Positions 54,348 through 63,581 of a stretch of DNA of 64,000 bases are shown here, piece after piece. A model generated the notes under the pieces. It ran no database searches. It saw nothing but the letters and a program-made list of their open reading frames with translations, and was not told the DNA's origin. How positions within the stretch are numbered: position 1 is the first letter of the stretch; every line of letters begins with the position of its first letter. The translations under genes were made by a program, and so were the position numbers. The stretch comes from Candidatus Poribacteria bacterium (GTDB lineage: Bacteria > Poribacteria > WGA-4E > WGA-3G), in the NCBI GenBank assembly GCA_965214045.1, contig OZ243935.1:2794904-2858903 (forward strand), written 5' to 3'.

Positions 54348-55439
54348 ATGCTAAAACCGAAACCCAGCATTGACACGATTCAACCCTATCAGGGTGGTAA
54401 ACCGATTGAAGAGGTCCGACGCGAGTTGGGCATTACCGATATTATTAAACTGGCATCTAACGAGAATCCGTTAGGTCCCTCACCGTTGGCGATGCAGGCG
54501 ATCTCAGAGAGTGCCACACAGGTGCACCTCTACCCTGACGGGAACGCCTATTATCTTAAAGAAGATCTCGCAGAATCTCTCGGAATATCTGCTGAACATC
54601 TGATTTTAGGGAACGGCTCGAACGATGTACTACAACTCGTTGCCGAAGCTTATGTTGCACCGGGTGATGAGGTCATCTATGCCGCTGGAGCATTCGTTGT
54701 CTATAGTGTCGTGACAAAGTTGTGCAGTGCGACAGCAGTCGTCGTGCCGATGGTGGAGCATACACATAACCTGTCCGCTATGGCGGCAGCAATTACCGAT
54801 AAGACGAAAGTCATCTTCGTGGCGAATCCGAACAACCCTACTGGCACGATGGTCACAGCAGGCGGGACAGCGGCGTTTATGGAACAGGTACCTGACGATG
54901 TGCTCGTCGTTTTTGACGAAGCCTATTACGAATACGTTGACCGTTCAGACTATCCACAGACCCTCCCTTATGTGCTGGAGGGACGAAACTTCGTCATCAC
55001 ACGAACATTTTCCAAAATTTATGGGCTGGCTGGGCTTCGCATCGGATACGGTATCGCGCCACCACCGTTGGTTGAGACGTTAAATCGGATACGCCAACCC
55101 TTCAATTGTAGCTTAGTCGGACAAGCGGCGGCGCGAGCGGCACTCAAGGATACTGCCCACGTTACAAGGAGCCGAGAACAGAACGCTATCGGTAAAGCCT
55201 TTCTCTACGACGCGTTTGACGACATGGGACTCCGTTATGTGGAAACCGAAGGCAATTTCATCATGTTGCACCTCGAACAATCGGGAGCAGACATCGCCGA
55301 CGTTCTGCTAAAAGAAGGGGTCATCGTGCGTCCAATCGAGGGCTACGGTTACCCAAATGCAGTGCGTGTAACGATCGGCACACAACAGGAAAACGAAAAA
55401 TTTATTGACGCATTGACAAAATGTAAAGATTTAAAATAA
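54348..55439 (+). CDS. hisC: Histidinol-phosphate aminotransferase
   Basis: 363 aa. IKLASNENPLGPSP. PLP-lysine region FSKIYGLAGLRIGYGIA. Confidence 0.75.
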   Translation: MLKPKPSIDTIQPYQGGKPIEEVRRELGITDIIKLASNENPLGPSPLAMQAISESATQVHLYPDGNAYYLKEDLAESLGISAEHLILGNGSNDVLQLVAEAYVAPGDEVIYAAGAFVVYSVVTKLCSATAVVVPMVEHTHNLSAMAAAITDKTKVIFVANPNNPTGTMVTAGGTAAFMEQVPDDVLVVFDEAYYEYVDRSDYPQTLPYVLEGRNFVITRTFSKIYGLAGLRIGYGIAPPPLVETLNRIRQPFNCSLVGQAAARAALKDTAHVTRSREQNAIGKAFLYDAFDDMGLRYVETEGNFIMLHLEQSGADIADVLLKEGVIVRPIEGYGYPNAVRVTIGTQQENEKFIDALTKCKDLK

Positions 55440-55475
55440 TCCATGTAGGGTCAGGTCTTGTGCCTGCCCACGCAT

Positions 55476-55503
55476 TGCTGACTGACAACCGATAACTGAC
55501 AAC
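55476..55503. repeat. Heptamer tandem repeat (TGCTGAC, TGACAAC, CGATAAC, TGACAAC)
   Basis: Read directly between hisC and ispG. Confidence 0.55.
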
Positions 55504-55514
55504 TATTAAAAAAC

Positions 55515-56630
55515 ATGAAAGAATTGCTACAAATCAACAACAAGCGTCCGACGCGAAAAATTATGGTAGGAAACGTCCCGATTGGCGGTGGGAATCCCAT
55601 CTCCATCCAGACGATGACGACAACGCTGACGCGCGATGTCGATGCCACATTGGCACAAGTGGAGCGGTGTGCGGAGGCGGGTGCACAGATTGTCCGCGTC
55701 GCTGTTCCCGAAGAACCGGACGCCAAGGCACTCAGTACACTTGTAAAACGTGCCTCTGTGCCTATCGTTTCGGATATCCATTTCAACTACGGATACGCAC
55801 TCGTAGCAGTAGACGCAGGGGTCGCAAAGGTTCGCATTAATCCGGGTAACATCGGTAATGAGAAACGGATCGCTGAAGTCCTGTCTGCGGCGAAAGCGGC
55901 GAATATCCCTATCCGTATCGGGGTCAACGAAGGATCGCTGGAACGGGATCTTTTAGAGAAATATCCATCACCGACAGCAGAAGCGTTGGTAGAGAGCGCA
56001 ATGCGGCACGTCAAGATTTGTGAGGAACACGATTTCAGAGACATCGCCATCTCCGTGAAGTCGAGTGATCCGCTTCGGATGATAGCAGCGAACCGTCAGT
56101 TTGCCGCGAAAGTTCCCTACCCTTTACATCTCGGTGTGACGGAAGCCGGTACACCTCGGCGCTCGCATGTCAAATCGACACTCGGCATTGGAACGCTTTT
56201 GATGGACGGGATTGGGGACACCATCCGTATCTCAATTACCGGTGACCCAGTGGAGGAGGTTTTGACTGCTAAAGAACTCCTGCGGGCATTAGGAATGGCG
56301 GATGACATGTTAGACGTTGTTTCCTGTCCGTTCTGTGGGCGCGGCGACCCCACAGCGGATTATGAGAATATTGTGGCTGTCGCTGAGGAACTTTTAGAAA
56401 AACACGGCATCAAAATCCCTGTCGCTGTGATGGGGTGTGAAGTGAACGGACCCGGTGAGACGCGCAATGCTGAAGTCGGCATCCATTTGGGGGGCAAGGA
56501 GCTTGCGGTCCTAAAGGTTCGTGGTGAACGGGTACGCACCTTCCGAGGTAAAGACGAGGTCAACCCGGAATTTTTGGCAAATGCGTTGTTAGAAGCGGCA
56601 CAACAGTTAGAAGCGAGTGGTGAAAAATAG
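55515..56630 (+). CDS. ispG: 4-hydroxy-3-methylbut-2-en-1-yl diphosphate synthase (flavodoxin)
   Basis: 371 aa. RRPTRKIMVGNVPIGGGNPISIQTMTTT N-terminus. C-terminal CPFCGR [4Fe-4S] ligands. Confidence 0.8.
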   Translation: MKELLQINNKRPTRKIMVGNVPIGGGNPISIQTMTTTLTRDVDATLAQVERCAEAGAQIVRVAVPEEPDAKALSTLVKRASVPIVSDIHFNYGYALVAVDAGVAKVRINPGNIGNEKRIAEVLSAAKAANIPIRIGVNEGSLERDLLEKYPSPTAEALVESAMRHVKICEEHDFRDIAISVKSSDPLRMIAANRQFAAKVPYPLHLGVTEAGTPRRSHVKSTLGIGTLLMDGIGDTIRISITGDPVEEVLTAKELLRALGMADDMLDVVSCPFCGRGDPTADYENIVAVAEELLEKHGIKIPVAVMGCEVNGPGETRNAEVGIHLGGKELAVLKVRGERVRTFRGKDEVNPEFLANALLEAAQQLEASGEK

Positions 56631-56652
56631 TCATTTTATAATGACTTAGACC

Positions 56653-58182
56653 TTGATGGTGGACGGGGTTGGAACGATGCACAAAAACGCAATAATTAAA
56701 AAAATTCCTGTGCAGATTGGGTTGCTCGCGCTATTTTTCTGCGTTTACCATCTATTCTTGTATTACAGCATGCGCGAGAGGTCTATCAATCTGGGTGCGG
56801 TGCGATTTGAAAAACACATTTTGCCCCTTTATGCCGAACCGAGTTTTGACGTGAGTTGGTGGATATTGCCTGCCCTCGTGATATGTATCGGTTTTCTATA
56901 TATTTGTCAGAGGTGCCTGCTTTCGGGGACATCCACTCGTCGCTTACTCTGGATAGCGGTTGCTTGCTTCATTGCCATTAACATGAGTGTTGCCCAAATT
57001 GATGGCTACCGAGAGATTGAACGAGATGGCGAAACGGAGCGGGTCTTGACCCTTTTAGAGCCGTATACGCGGACTTCGTTGGAGTATTACGGCGATGTGC
57101 CGCGGGTTGACGAACTCGGGATCCGTAGGTTTCTCAGGGATTATAGTAAACCGGAAGTGTTTAACACACTCTCAGGACACACCCGCACCCATCCGCCGGG
57201 CGGTGTGCTTTTCTTATGGCATGTTAGCGGACTCTTCGGTTACAATCTCATATCGGCATCGTTGGTTACAATTTTCTTTACTGCCATCACAGTTATACCG
57301 ATCTACCACCTCGGCGAACATCTCTACGGTGAAAAGGTCGGTCGGTACGCGCTGCTCCTTTTTCTCATCACCCCCAACTTTGTGATGTTCACCGGCACGT
57401 CAATGGACGGTCCCTTCAGTGTCTTCCCGATCCTGAGTGTTTACCTGTTTTATAGAGCACGAGATCGGGAAACCATACCGGACCAAAGATGGCATGAATT
57501 CCGTCCTTATAGCTTACTAACGGGGCTTACGCTTGCGCTTGGGATGTTCATGACCTATGCGACGGTCGTTGTGGGGGTCTTTTTGTGTGTTGTCGCCTTA
57601 CTGGAACGGAAGCAATTCGTGCAGTATCTGAAGGTCTTGCTATTCGCGGCTTCGGGATTTATCGGATTTTACCTATTGCTTTTCGTCCTGACCGGATTCC
57701 GTCCAATCGATGCACTCTGGGCGGCTATCAAGAAAGATGAGATGGGTATGGGGACAGGTTATGAAAGCATTGAGCGTTATTTTCACCTGAGTTTCGCGAA
57801 CCTGTTTGCATTCCTCATCGGCGTGGGACTACCGATAACGACCCTCTGGCTGCGGGAACTCGTTGCATCAGTGAAAGAATGGCGGCAGAATACTCAGGCA
57901 TCAGTGCCGGAGCGAAATGGCAGTCGTATCCCTTGGATACTCCGCCATGATGACGCGTTGGACAGTTTCATCGTTGGTTTCCTAATCACGCTCCTCTTCT
58001 TCACATTCTCGACACTATTTACGATGGAGGTCGAGCGGATATGGATTTTCATGGTACCGTTTTTCGTCATTCCGGTCGCTAAACACCTCACAGCGCGTCC
58101 GATGTCGGATTTCTATTGGGCCGCCGGTATACTCGTTGGGCAACTGATCTTGGGAGAAGCCCTGCTTTATACGTATTGGTAG
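56653..58182 (+). CDS. Polytopic integral membrane protein, possibly a GT-C-fold glycosyltransferase (PMT/ArnT-like)
   Basis: 509 aa. ~11-13 hydrophobic helices. Located beside GT4, deacetylase and uppP genes. Family not confirmed. Confidence 0.35.
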   Translation: MMVDGVGTMHKNAIIKKIPVQIGLLALFFCVYHLFLYYSMRERSINLGAVRFEKHILPLYAEPSFDVSWWILPALVICIGFLYICQRCLLSGTSTRRLLWIAVACFIAINMSVAQIDGYREIERDGETERVLTLLEPYTRTSLEYYGDVPRVDELGIRRFLRDYSKPEVFNTLSGHTRTHPPGGVLFLWHVSGLFGYNLISASLVTIFFTAITVIPIYHLGEHLYGEKVGRYALLLFLITPNFVMFTGTSMDGPFSVFPILSVYLFYRARDRETIPDQRWHEFRPYSLLTGLTLALGMFMTYATVVVGVFLCVVALLERKQFVQYLKVLLFAASGFIGFYLLLFVLTGFRPIDALWAAIKKDEMGMGTGYESIERYFHLSFANLFAFLIGVGLPITTLWLRELVASVKEWRQNTQASVPERNGSRIPWILRHDDALDSFIVGFLITLLFFTFSTLFTMEVERIWIFMVPFFVIPVAKHLTARPMSDFYWAAGILVGQLILGEALLYTYW

Positions 58183-58464
58183 GAAGTGGTAGTCCGTCGC
58201 CAGTTCTCGGTTTTCACCTCACAAAGGGTGATTCTTCGTAGTGTAGGAAACTGTTGGTATCCTGCACACCCCTTGCTTACGGGCGGTAGCGGGTGGCACA
58301 ACCTAACAGATTATGCTACAATAGGTTCAAAACCGTTAGCCCGTAAGCGTAGCGGAGGGCGGATTTGAGGGGCGCACGTCAAAGTTGAGACGTCCGTTGT
58401 TCCCCCGCAAGGTAAAATTAAAAATCCGCAAGGTAAAATTAAAGTTCTTTATGTCATTGATTCC

Positions 58465-59538
58465 ATGACAAAGGACGGTGCCGAATCGCAACTGCTCAAG
58501 ACATTAGATCGATTGCCACCGGAGCAGTATGAAGTGTCCGTCGTATTAAGCCGCGCCGAAGGAGAACGCGTCAGAGAACTCGCCGCACTACCGTGTGTGC
58601 GGGAGGTCGCAACACTCACAAGTGACAGCAGACGCATGAAGTTACTCGAAAAAGCGTTTGCACTCGGTGGGATCATCAACGCTTTTGAACCCGACATTGT
58701 GCATAGCTGGTTATGGTATTCCAATTTCCTCTGCGGACTCTCCCGTAAATTCGGGTTGTGGCGACAGATTCCGTTCATCGCTTCACAGCGCGGCGACTAC
58801 CACGCCAGGTACGGCAAGTTTCGGCTCTATCTTACCGAAAAACTCATCTACAATACCGCCGATGTCCTTCTGACGAATTCAGCGCAGATCCAACGGCATC
58901 TCCACCAGCGGTATCCAAGCAAAAACATTGTGAGCATCCCGAATTTATTGGAATTACCCGCCGAGGAATGGTCTCAGCAACGCCGAGATCACACCAGAGA
59001 GAAGTTAATAATAAGCGTCGGACGGCTCGCACCGGAAAAGGGGCATCGGTATCTGATTGAGGCGTTAAATTTGTTGGACCGAGAAGATGTCGCATGGCGA
59101 TGCACGTTTCTCGGTGAGGGAGAGTTAGAAGCGGAACTCCGTGCGCTTGTGGCAGAATACGGACTCTCGGAACGGGTGACGTTTCCGGGGTTTTGTGAGG
59201 ATGTTTTTTCTCTGCTTTTGACGGTAGATGTCTTTGTGCTTCCGTCGCTGCACGAGAGTTCACCAAACGCATTGATTGAAGCGATGGGGATCGGAATGCC
59301 GTGCATCGCCTCGGATGTCGGGGGCATCGTGGATCTGATAGAAGATGAGAAGAACGGTATCCGGGTGCCGCCACAGGATCCGACGGCGTTAGCAGCTGCC
59401 CTGCATCGGGTGTTGACGGAACTGGACTTCGCGAGTGAATTGGGTAAAAATGCCCGCGCAACAATTCAGGAGAAGTTTGACAGTACGGTATCTGTTCGGA
59501 AATTGGAAGAAGTTTATGCAAAAGTTATCAGTTCGTAG
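58465..59538 (+). CDS. Glycosyltransferase family 4 (GT-B, group 1)
   Basis: 357 aa from the ATG. C-terminal E-x7-E region LPSLHESSPNALIEAMGIGMPCIASDVGGI. The in-frame upstream sequence encodes KIKVLYVIDS (conserved GT4 N-terminal strand) without a canonical start codon. Confidence 0.65.
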   Translation: MTKDGAESQLLKTLDRLPPEQYEVSVVLSRAEGERVRELAALPCVREVATLTSDSRRMKLLEKAFALGGIINAFEPDIVHSWLWYSNFLCGLSRKFGLWRQIPFIASQRGDYHARYGKFRLYLTEKLIYNTADVLLTNSAQIQRHLHQRYPSKNIVSIPNLLELPAEEWSQQRRDHTREKLIISVGRLAPEKGHRYLIEALNLLDREDVAWRCTFLGEGELEAELRALVAEYGLSERVTFPGFCEDVFSLLLTVDVFVLPSLHESSPNALIEAMGIGMPCIASDVGGIVDLIEDEKNGIRVPPQDPTALAAALHRVLTELDFASELGKNARATIQEKFDSTVSVRKLEEVYAKVISS

Positions 59539-59593
59539 GTCGGGTAGAACGACAGCAAAACCCGACAACTCTATCCTGAAAACCATAAAATAG

Positions 59594-60505
59594 ATGCGTA
59601 ATTTTATTAAGAATGTAATCGCAATTTTTATTTATGTGTCGTGGATACCGATTCTCATTCGGGAGTGGGTCTGTCGGCATCGGGTGGCGATCCTCCTGTA
59701 TCACGACCCGAAACCAGCGATTTTCCTGAAACATATATCCTACCTCTCGCGCCACTACACGATTATCTCACTGGATACCCTCGTCGCTGCTGTTCATCGA
59801 CAGGATTTCTCAGAGATCCCCGCAAAAAGCGTTGTGATTACGATCGACGATGGACACGCTGGCAATATCGCACTCCTGCCGATTTTCAAGCAGTACCGCA
59901 TTCATCCAACGCTCTACGTCTGCACGCAGATTATTGACACGCACCGACATTTCTGGTTCAAGATAGACGGACAATCTAAAGCAGAGAAGGAAAGACTGAA
60001 AAGGCTCCCAAATGCAGAACGGTTGATGCACCTCAAGCGGACATCTAACTTTGAACCTGAAAAGGTGTATCCAGACAGACAGGCACTCACCAGCGCAGAA
60101 ATGAAAGAGATGGCAGCGAGTGCCGATTTTCAACCGCATACTCGATTCCATCCGATCCTACCGCGCTGTACAGAAGCCGAATGTGAGAAAGAAATACTTG
60201 GAAGCAAAACGGACTTAGAAACGCTTTTCGGGGTTGCGTGTTCGCATTTCAGTTATCCGAACGGCGATTACACAGAACGCGAGATTGAGATGGTAAAAGC
60301 CGGTGGATTCCGTTCAGCACGCACGACGGATATCGGATGGAACACGTTGGAAACGTCGCCGTATCAACTAAAGGCGATTCCGATCACCGATGACGCTGGA
60401 CTGATTCTCTTCCGTTCAGAACTCACAACGATTCCGCAACGGCTCAGCAGATGGGTGAATTCTTTATTATATGGCAGTCAGCAATCAGTAAGAGAATCTT
60501 CTTAA
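59594..60505 (+). CDS. Polysaccharide deacetylase (CE4) family protein
   Basis: 303 aa. NodB-like motif VVITIDDGHAGN. TM anchor at the N-terminus. Confidence 0.6.
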   Translation: MRNFIKNVIAIFIYVSWIPILIREWVCRHRVAILLYHDPKPAIFLKHISYLSRHYTIISLDTLVAAVHRQDFSEIPAKSVVITIDDGHAGNIALLPIFKQYRIHPTLYVCTQIIDTHRHFWFKIDGQSKAEKERLKRLPNAERLMHLKRTSNFEPEKVYPDRQALTSAEMKEMAASADFQPHTRFHPILPRCTEAECEKEILGSKTDLETLFGVACSHFSYPNGDYTEREIEMVKAGGFRSARTTDIGWNTLETSPYQLKAIPITDDAGLILFRSELTTIPQRLSRWVNSLLYGSQQSVRESS

Positions 60506-60614
60506 ACGAAAACCTCTTACCTGACTGCTGAAAGGGTTTTCGTAGAAAACCCGACCCGACGGAAACCGACCGCCAAGTACCTGACGGCTAATTGCTATTA
60601 TACGGAGATGTCGC

Positions 60615-61298
60615 GTGACAGAATGGCACCGTGCCTACATCCAGAATGCTTACCGCGAATTAGAAAATGGCACAACGCGGAGGCAACTCGATACTTTGAA
60701 GATTAATACTGCCGGTAAGAGGGTATTGGATGTCGGGTGTGGACCGGGGAATCTGCTTGTTGCCCTCTCCACCGATGCTCCAGAACTCCTTGTCGGTATC
60801 GATGTGGATGCGATTTTCTTGGCGACCGGACGTTCTCAAATTGGGAAGTTCATGGAGCCGTCTTCTACAGAGCCTGCCTTGCTACATGCGGCACTTCCAA
60901 ACCTACCTTTTGCAGATGAATCTTTTGATCTCGTCACCTGTTTCCTCGTCATGCCGCATGTCCCTGACGATAGGATTGCCTTAACTGAGCTTGCACGGGT
61001 TTTGAAACCCGGAGGCACGCTCGCGATCTCTGGACACGGATTCGGGTTCCCGCTTCGGTATCTCAAACGTTTCAAGCTGAAACCGTTACAAATGTATCTC
61101 GCCAGTCTGATTTATGGATGCACTGGGAAAAAGTGGATTCGGAACACATTGCAAAACGATAGGAAAGTCTGTGAAACCTTAGAGAGTATCGGTGTGGTGC
61201 CAGAGATACGACACTACAACAGAAAGGTGCTTGGATGCGTCGCAACTTACTGGATCAAAGCGATTAAGAGTGAAGTTAACCCCAAAGCGACGCAATAG
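60615..61298 (+). CDS. Class I SAM-dependent methyltransferase
   Basis: 227 aa. Motif I VLDVGCGPGNLL. Motif III region VLKPGGTLAIS. Confidence 0.6.
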   Translation: MTEWHRAYIQNAYRELENGTTRRQLDTLKINTAGKRVLDVGCGPGNLLVALSTDAPELLVGIDVDAIFLATGRSQIGKFMEPSSTEPALLHAALPNLPFADESFDLVTCFLVMPHVPDDRIALTELARVLKPGGTLAISGHGFGFPLRYLKRFKLKPLQMYLASLIYGCTGKKWIRNTLQNDRKVCETLESIGVVPEIRHYNRKVLGCVATYWIKAIKSEVNPKATQ

Positions 61299-62086
61299 TA
61301 GGAGAAAGCTGAGAATTTGCCTCGGTTGAGTATGACTAACAGGAACCGCAACGCGATATAACCGACGATAAACGAGGCGAGCATTCCAGTTCCCACGATG
61401 TGAAACGGGATCTCGGTGTCTCCGATGTCCCGGATTTTGAGTGCAACCGCACCGAGTATCGCAGGAATTGAGAGGAGGAAGGAGTATTCCGCGGCAGTTT
61501 TTGCAGGAATCCCTAAAAATAGTGCCAACGAGATTGTCGTGCCGGAACGAGATATACCCGGTGTGATTGCGCATCCTTGTGCGATTCCGATGAGCGGTGC
61601 GTGCCACGTTTTCAACTTTTCGGCTGGGTCGTCAGGAGTATCCGTTTTCTTTCTGCGGAGTCGCGGTAATTGGAGGATAACACCGGTGAGGATTAGCATG
61701 ATGCTCACGAGGCGTACCTCATCGAAAAAAGACTCTAATTGGGTCTTGAAGACCACTGCGATGATTCCCGTTGGAATAGAGCCCAGAAGTATCAGCCATA
61801 TAAACTTCAGTTCTGCCGACGTGTTGAGCGTTGCCTTCGGTTGTTGCCAGAATTGTGTATTTCCCAGTGCAGAAAGTCCACCGATGACTAACCTCCCTAT
61901 TGCGGCACGATATACGACGAGCACAGCGGCTAATGTTCCAACGTGAAGCATCACATCGAAAAAGACGAGAGGTTCCTTTAATCCGAGAAATTGTTGCGCC
62001 AGGACAAGGTGTCCTGAACTACTGACGGGTAGGAATTCGGTTAAACCTTGTAAAATCCCAAGAAGGATTGCTTCAAGAAATGTCAT
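61247..62086 (-). CDS. uppP: Undecaprenyl-diphosphate phosphatase
   Basis: 279 aa. MTFLEAILLGILQGLTEFLPVSSSGHLVL N-terminus and PGISRSGTTIS motif are diagnostic of UppP/BacA. Confidence 0.8.
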   Translation of the reverse strand: MTFLEAILLGILQGLTEFLPVSSSGHLVLAQQFLGLKEPLVFFDVMLHVGTLAAVLVVYRAAIGRLVIGGLSALGNTQFWQQPKATLNTSAELKFIWLILLGSIPTGIIAVVFKTQLESFFDEVRLVSIMLILTGVILQLPRLRRKKTDTPDDPAEKLKTWHAPLIGIAQGCAITPGISRSGTTISLALFLGIPAKTAAEYSFLLSIPAILGAVALKIRDIGDTEIPFHIVGTGMLASFIVGYIALRFLLVILNRGKFSAFSYYCVALGLTSLLIALIQ

Positions 62087-62248
62087 GCCGTTATTGTAGC
62101 ACTAAAGACCTTGACTTTCAAGGTGAAATTGAAAACAGATTTCCACCATTCACCAACGGCTTGATATAATTCTGGGACTGTTGTATAATGGATTGACGGT
62201 GTTCCAGATTTATGTTAAAATGTTAAAAATGCTTAAGGAGGCACAAGG

Positions 62249-63025
62249 ATGCGTAGAAATTTATTCCTGTTGGGGCTGACAGCAATCTGTGTATTTGCAG
62301 TGAGTCTCTCAGATGCTTTCGAGGAAGAAGATATCCTCGTCTATTACTCTTTTGACAAGCTGAGCGGTAATAAGGTCACTGATGATTCTGGCAACGGAAA
62401 TGACGCTGAATTGGTCGGAAAGGGCTCGCCTGTTGATGGGGCATTCAATAAAGCCATCCAGCTCAACGGTGGTGTCGTTGTCATGGAACAGAATGACTTT
62501 ATCGTTCCAATCGGTGAGAAGACAGAGATTACAATGGAAGCGTGGTTTTACCTGAACCAGCACGCCTCGTATGATGGGATTATCTCGATTGAAGCCGCTG
62601 CCGGTGGCTGTTGTGAATTTCGGACGATGGTCAATCCCGCTTTCAACCCGTTTTGGGATGCTGGGCATCACGCCGATAAAAGTCTCGGCAACTTCAAATT
62701 TGAATTAAAAGAGTGGTACCACTACGTTTTGGTTGCCGATGGGAAAGATGGCAAAATCTATGTCAACGGTAAATTTATCGGTGAACAGCCAGAGAATTTT
62801 AAGTGGCCCAAGTTCAAAGAGGCAGCGATCTACATCGGTGCTGGCGAAAATCCAAACCTCCATAAAGTCGAAGATGCAATCATCGATGAGGTCGTCATAT
62901 ACGCGGCGGCGTTGACTGAAGAAGAGGTGAGGGAAAATATGGAACTGAGCATACCGGTGGTGCTCGCCGTTGAAGCCCGCGATAAGTTGGCGGTGACATG
63001 GGGAGAACTGAAAACCGATTTCTAA
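62249..63025 (+). CDS. Secreted LamG / concanavalin-A-like lectin domain protein ending ...KLAVTWGELKTDF
   Basis: 258 aa. Signal peptide MRRNLFLLGLTAICVFAVSLSDA. LamG-like block (EWYHYVLVADGKDGKIYVNGKFIGEQ). RBS AAGGAGG. Confidence 0.5.
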   Translation: MRRNLFLLGLTAICVFAVSLSDAFEEEDILVYYSFDKLSGNKVTDDSGNGNDAELVGKGSPVDGAFNKAIQLNGGVVVMEQNDFIVPIGEKTEITMEAWFYLNQHASYDGIISIEAAAGGCCEFRTMVNPAFNPFWDAGHHADKSLGNFKFELKEWYHYVLVADGKDGKIYVNGKFIGEQPENFKWPKFKEAAIYIGAGENPNLHKVEDAIIDEVVIYAAALTEEEVRENMELSIPVVLAVEARDKLAVTWGELKTDF

Positions 63026-63081
63026 AATAATTTGTAGGGTGAGGCACTTCCACCTCAGCCCTACACCCATTCGGAGACGCT

Positions 63082-63474
63082 ATGAAATTAGGATTCTTAT
63101 CAAAAATTTTTGAAGGTGCGCTGAGTATTGAAAAAACATATAACCAATGCGATCAGGCACTCGGCGAACTAAAAGCCTACAACGAAAAATGTAAAGAGGC
63201 GGATTTTCAGATCTCGACTGAGGACAAAGAGGCATTAGACGAGGTTGTCAACACGGCTATTACAAATGCTACCCGTATCATTGATAAAGAAGGCGATCGG
63301 AATTGGCCCGGTGTGTTTCGGGAAATGCGCACGAATTTGGCACACCTCTATTTGGAACTTGACGAACACGATAAAGTTCGAGAGGAATGTGAACGCCTCC
63401 AAGGCTATGGCGAAGCCGGTAGACTCGATGCCGATGAGGTACTGCAGAGCCTCAAGGAGAAAGAGGATTCTTAA
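63082..63474 (+). CDS. Hypothetical acidic alpha-helical protein (130 aa)
   Basis: ORF only. No recognisable motif. Confidence 0.3.
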   Translation: MKLGFLSKIFEGALSIEKTYNQCDQALGELKAYNEKCKEADFQISTEDKEALDEVVNTAITNATRIIDKEGDRNWPGVFREMRTNLAHLYLELDEHDKVREECERLQGYGEAGRLDADEVLQSLKEKEDS

Positions 63475-63581
63475 TGTTCTTTGCAGTATTGTAGTTCCAA
63501 GCAACACACCGGGACGGATATACGCCGAGGCACGTTTTTGCACAAGCGACCTCATCGAACCGCAAGGAAAATTAAAGAGGC

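Noticed and set aside
54274-54354. Short uORF (MELYLGVFGRRAAVIEKRKLRSEALC) upstream of hisC as a his-leader peptide
   Set aside because: No His codon run. It overlaps a probable extended -10 promoter (TGTGATATAAT at ~54268-54280). It probably does not function as an attenuator.
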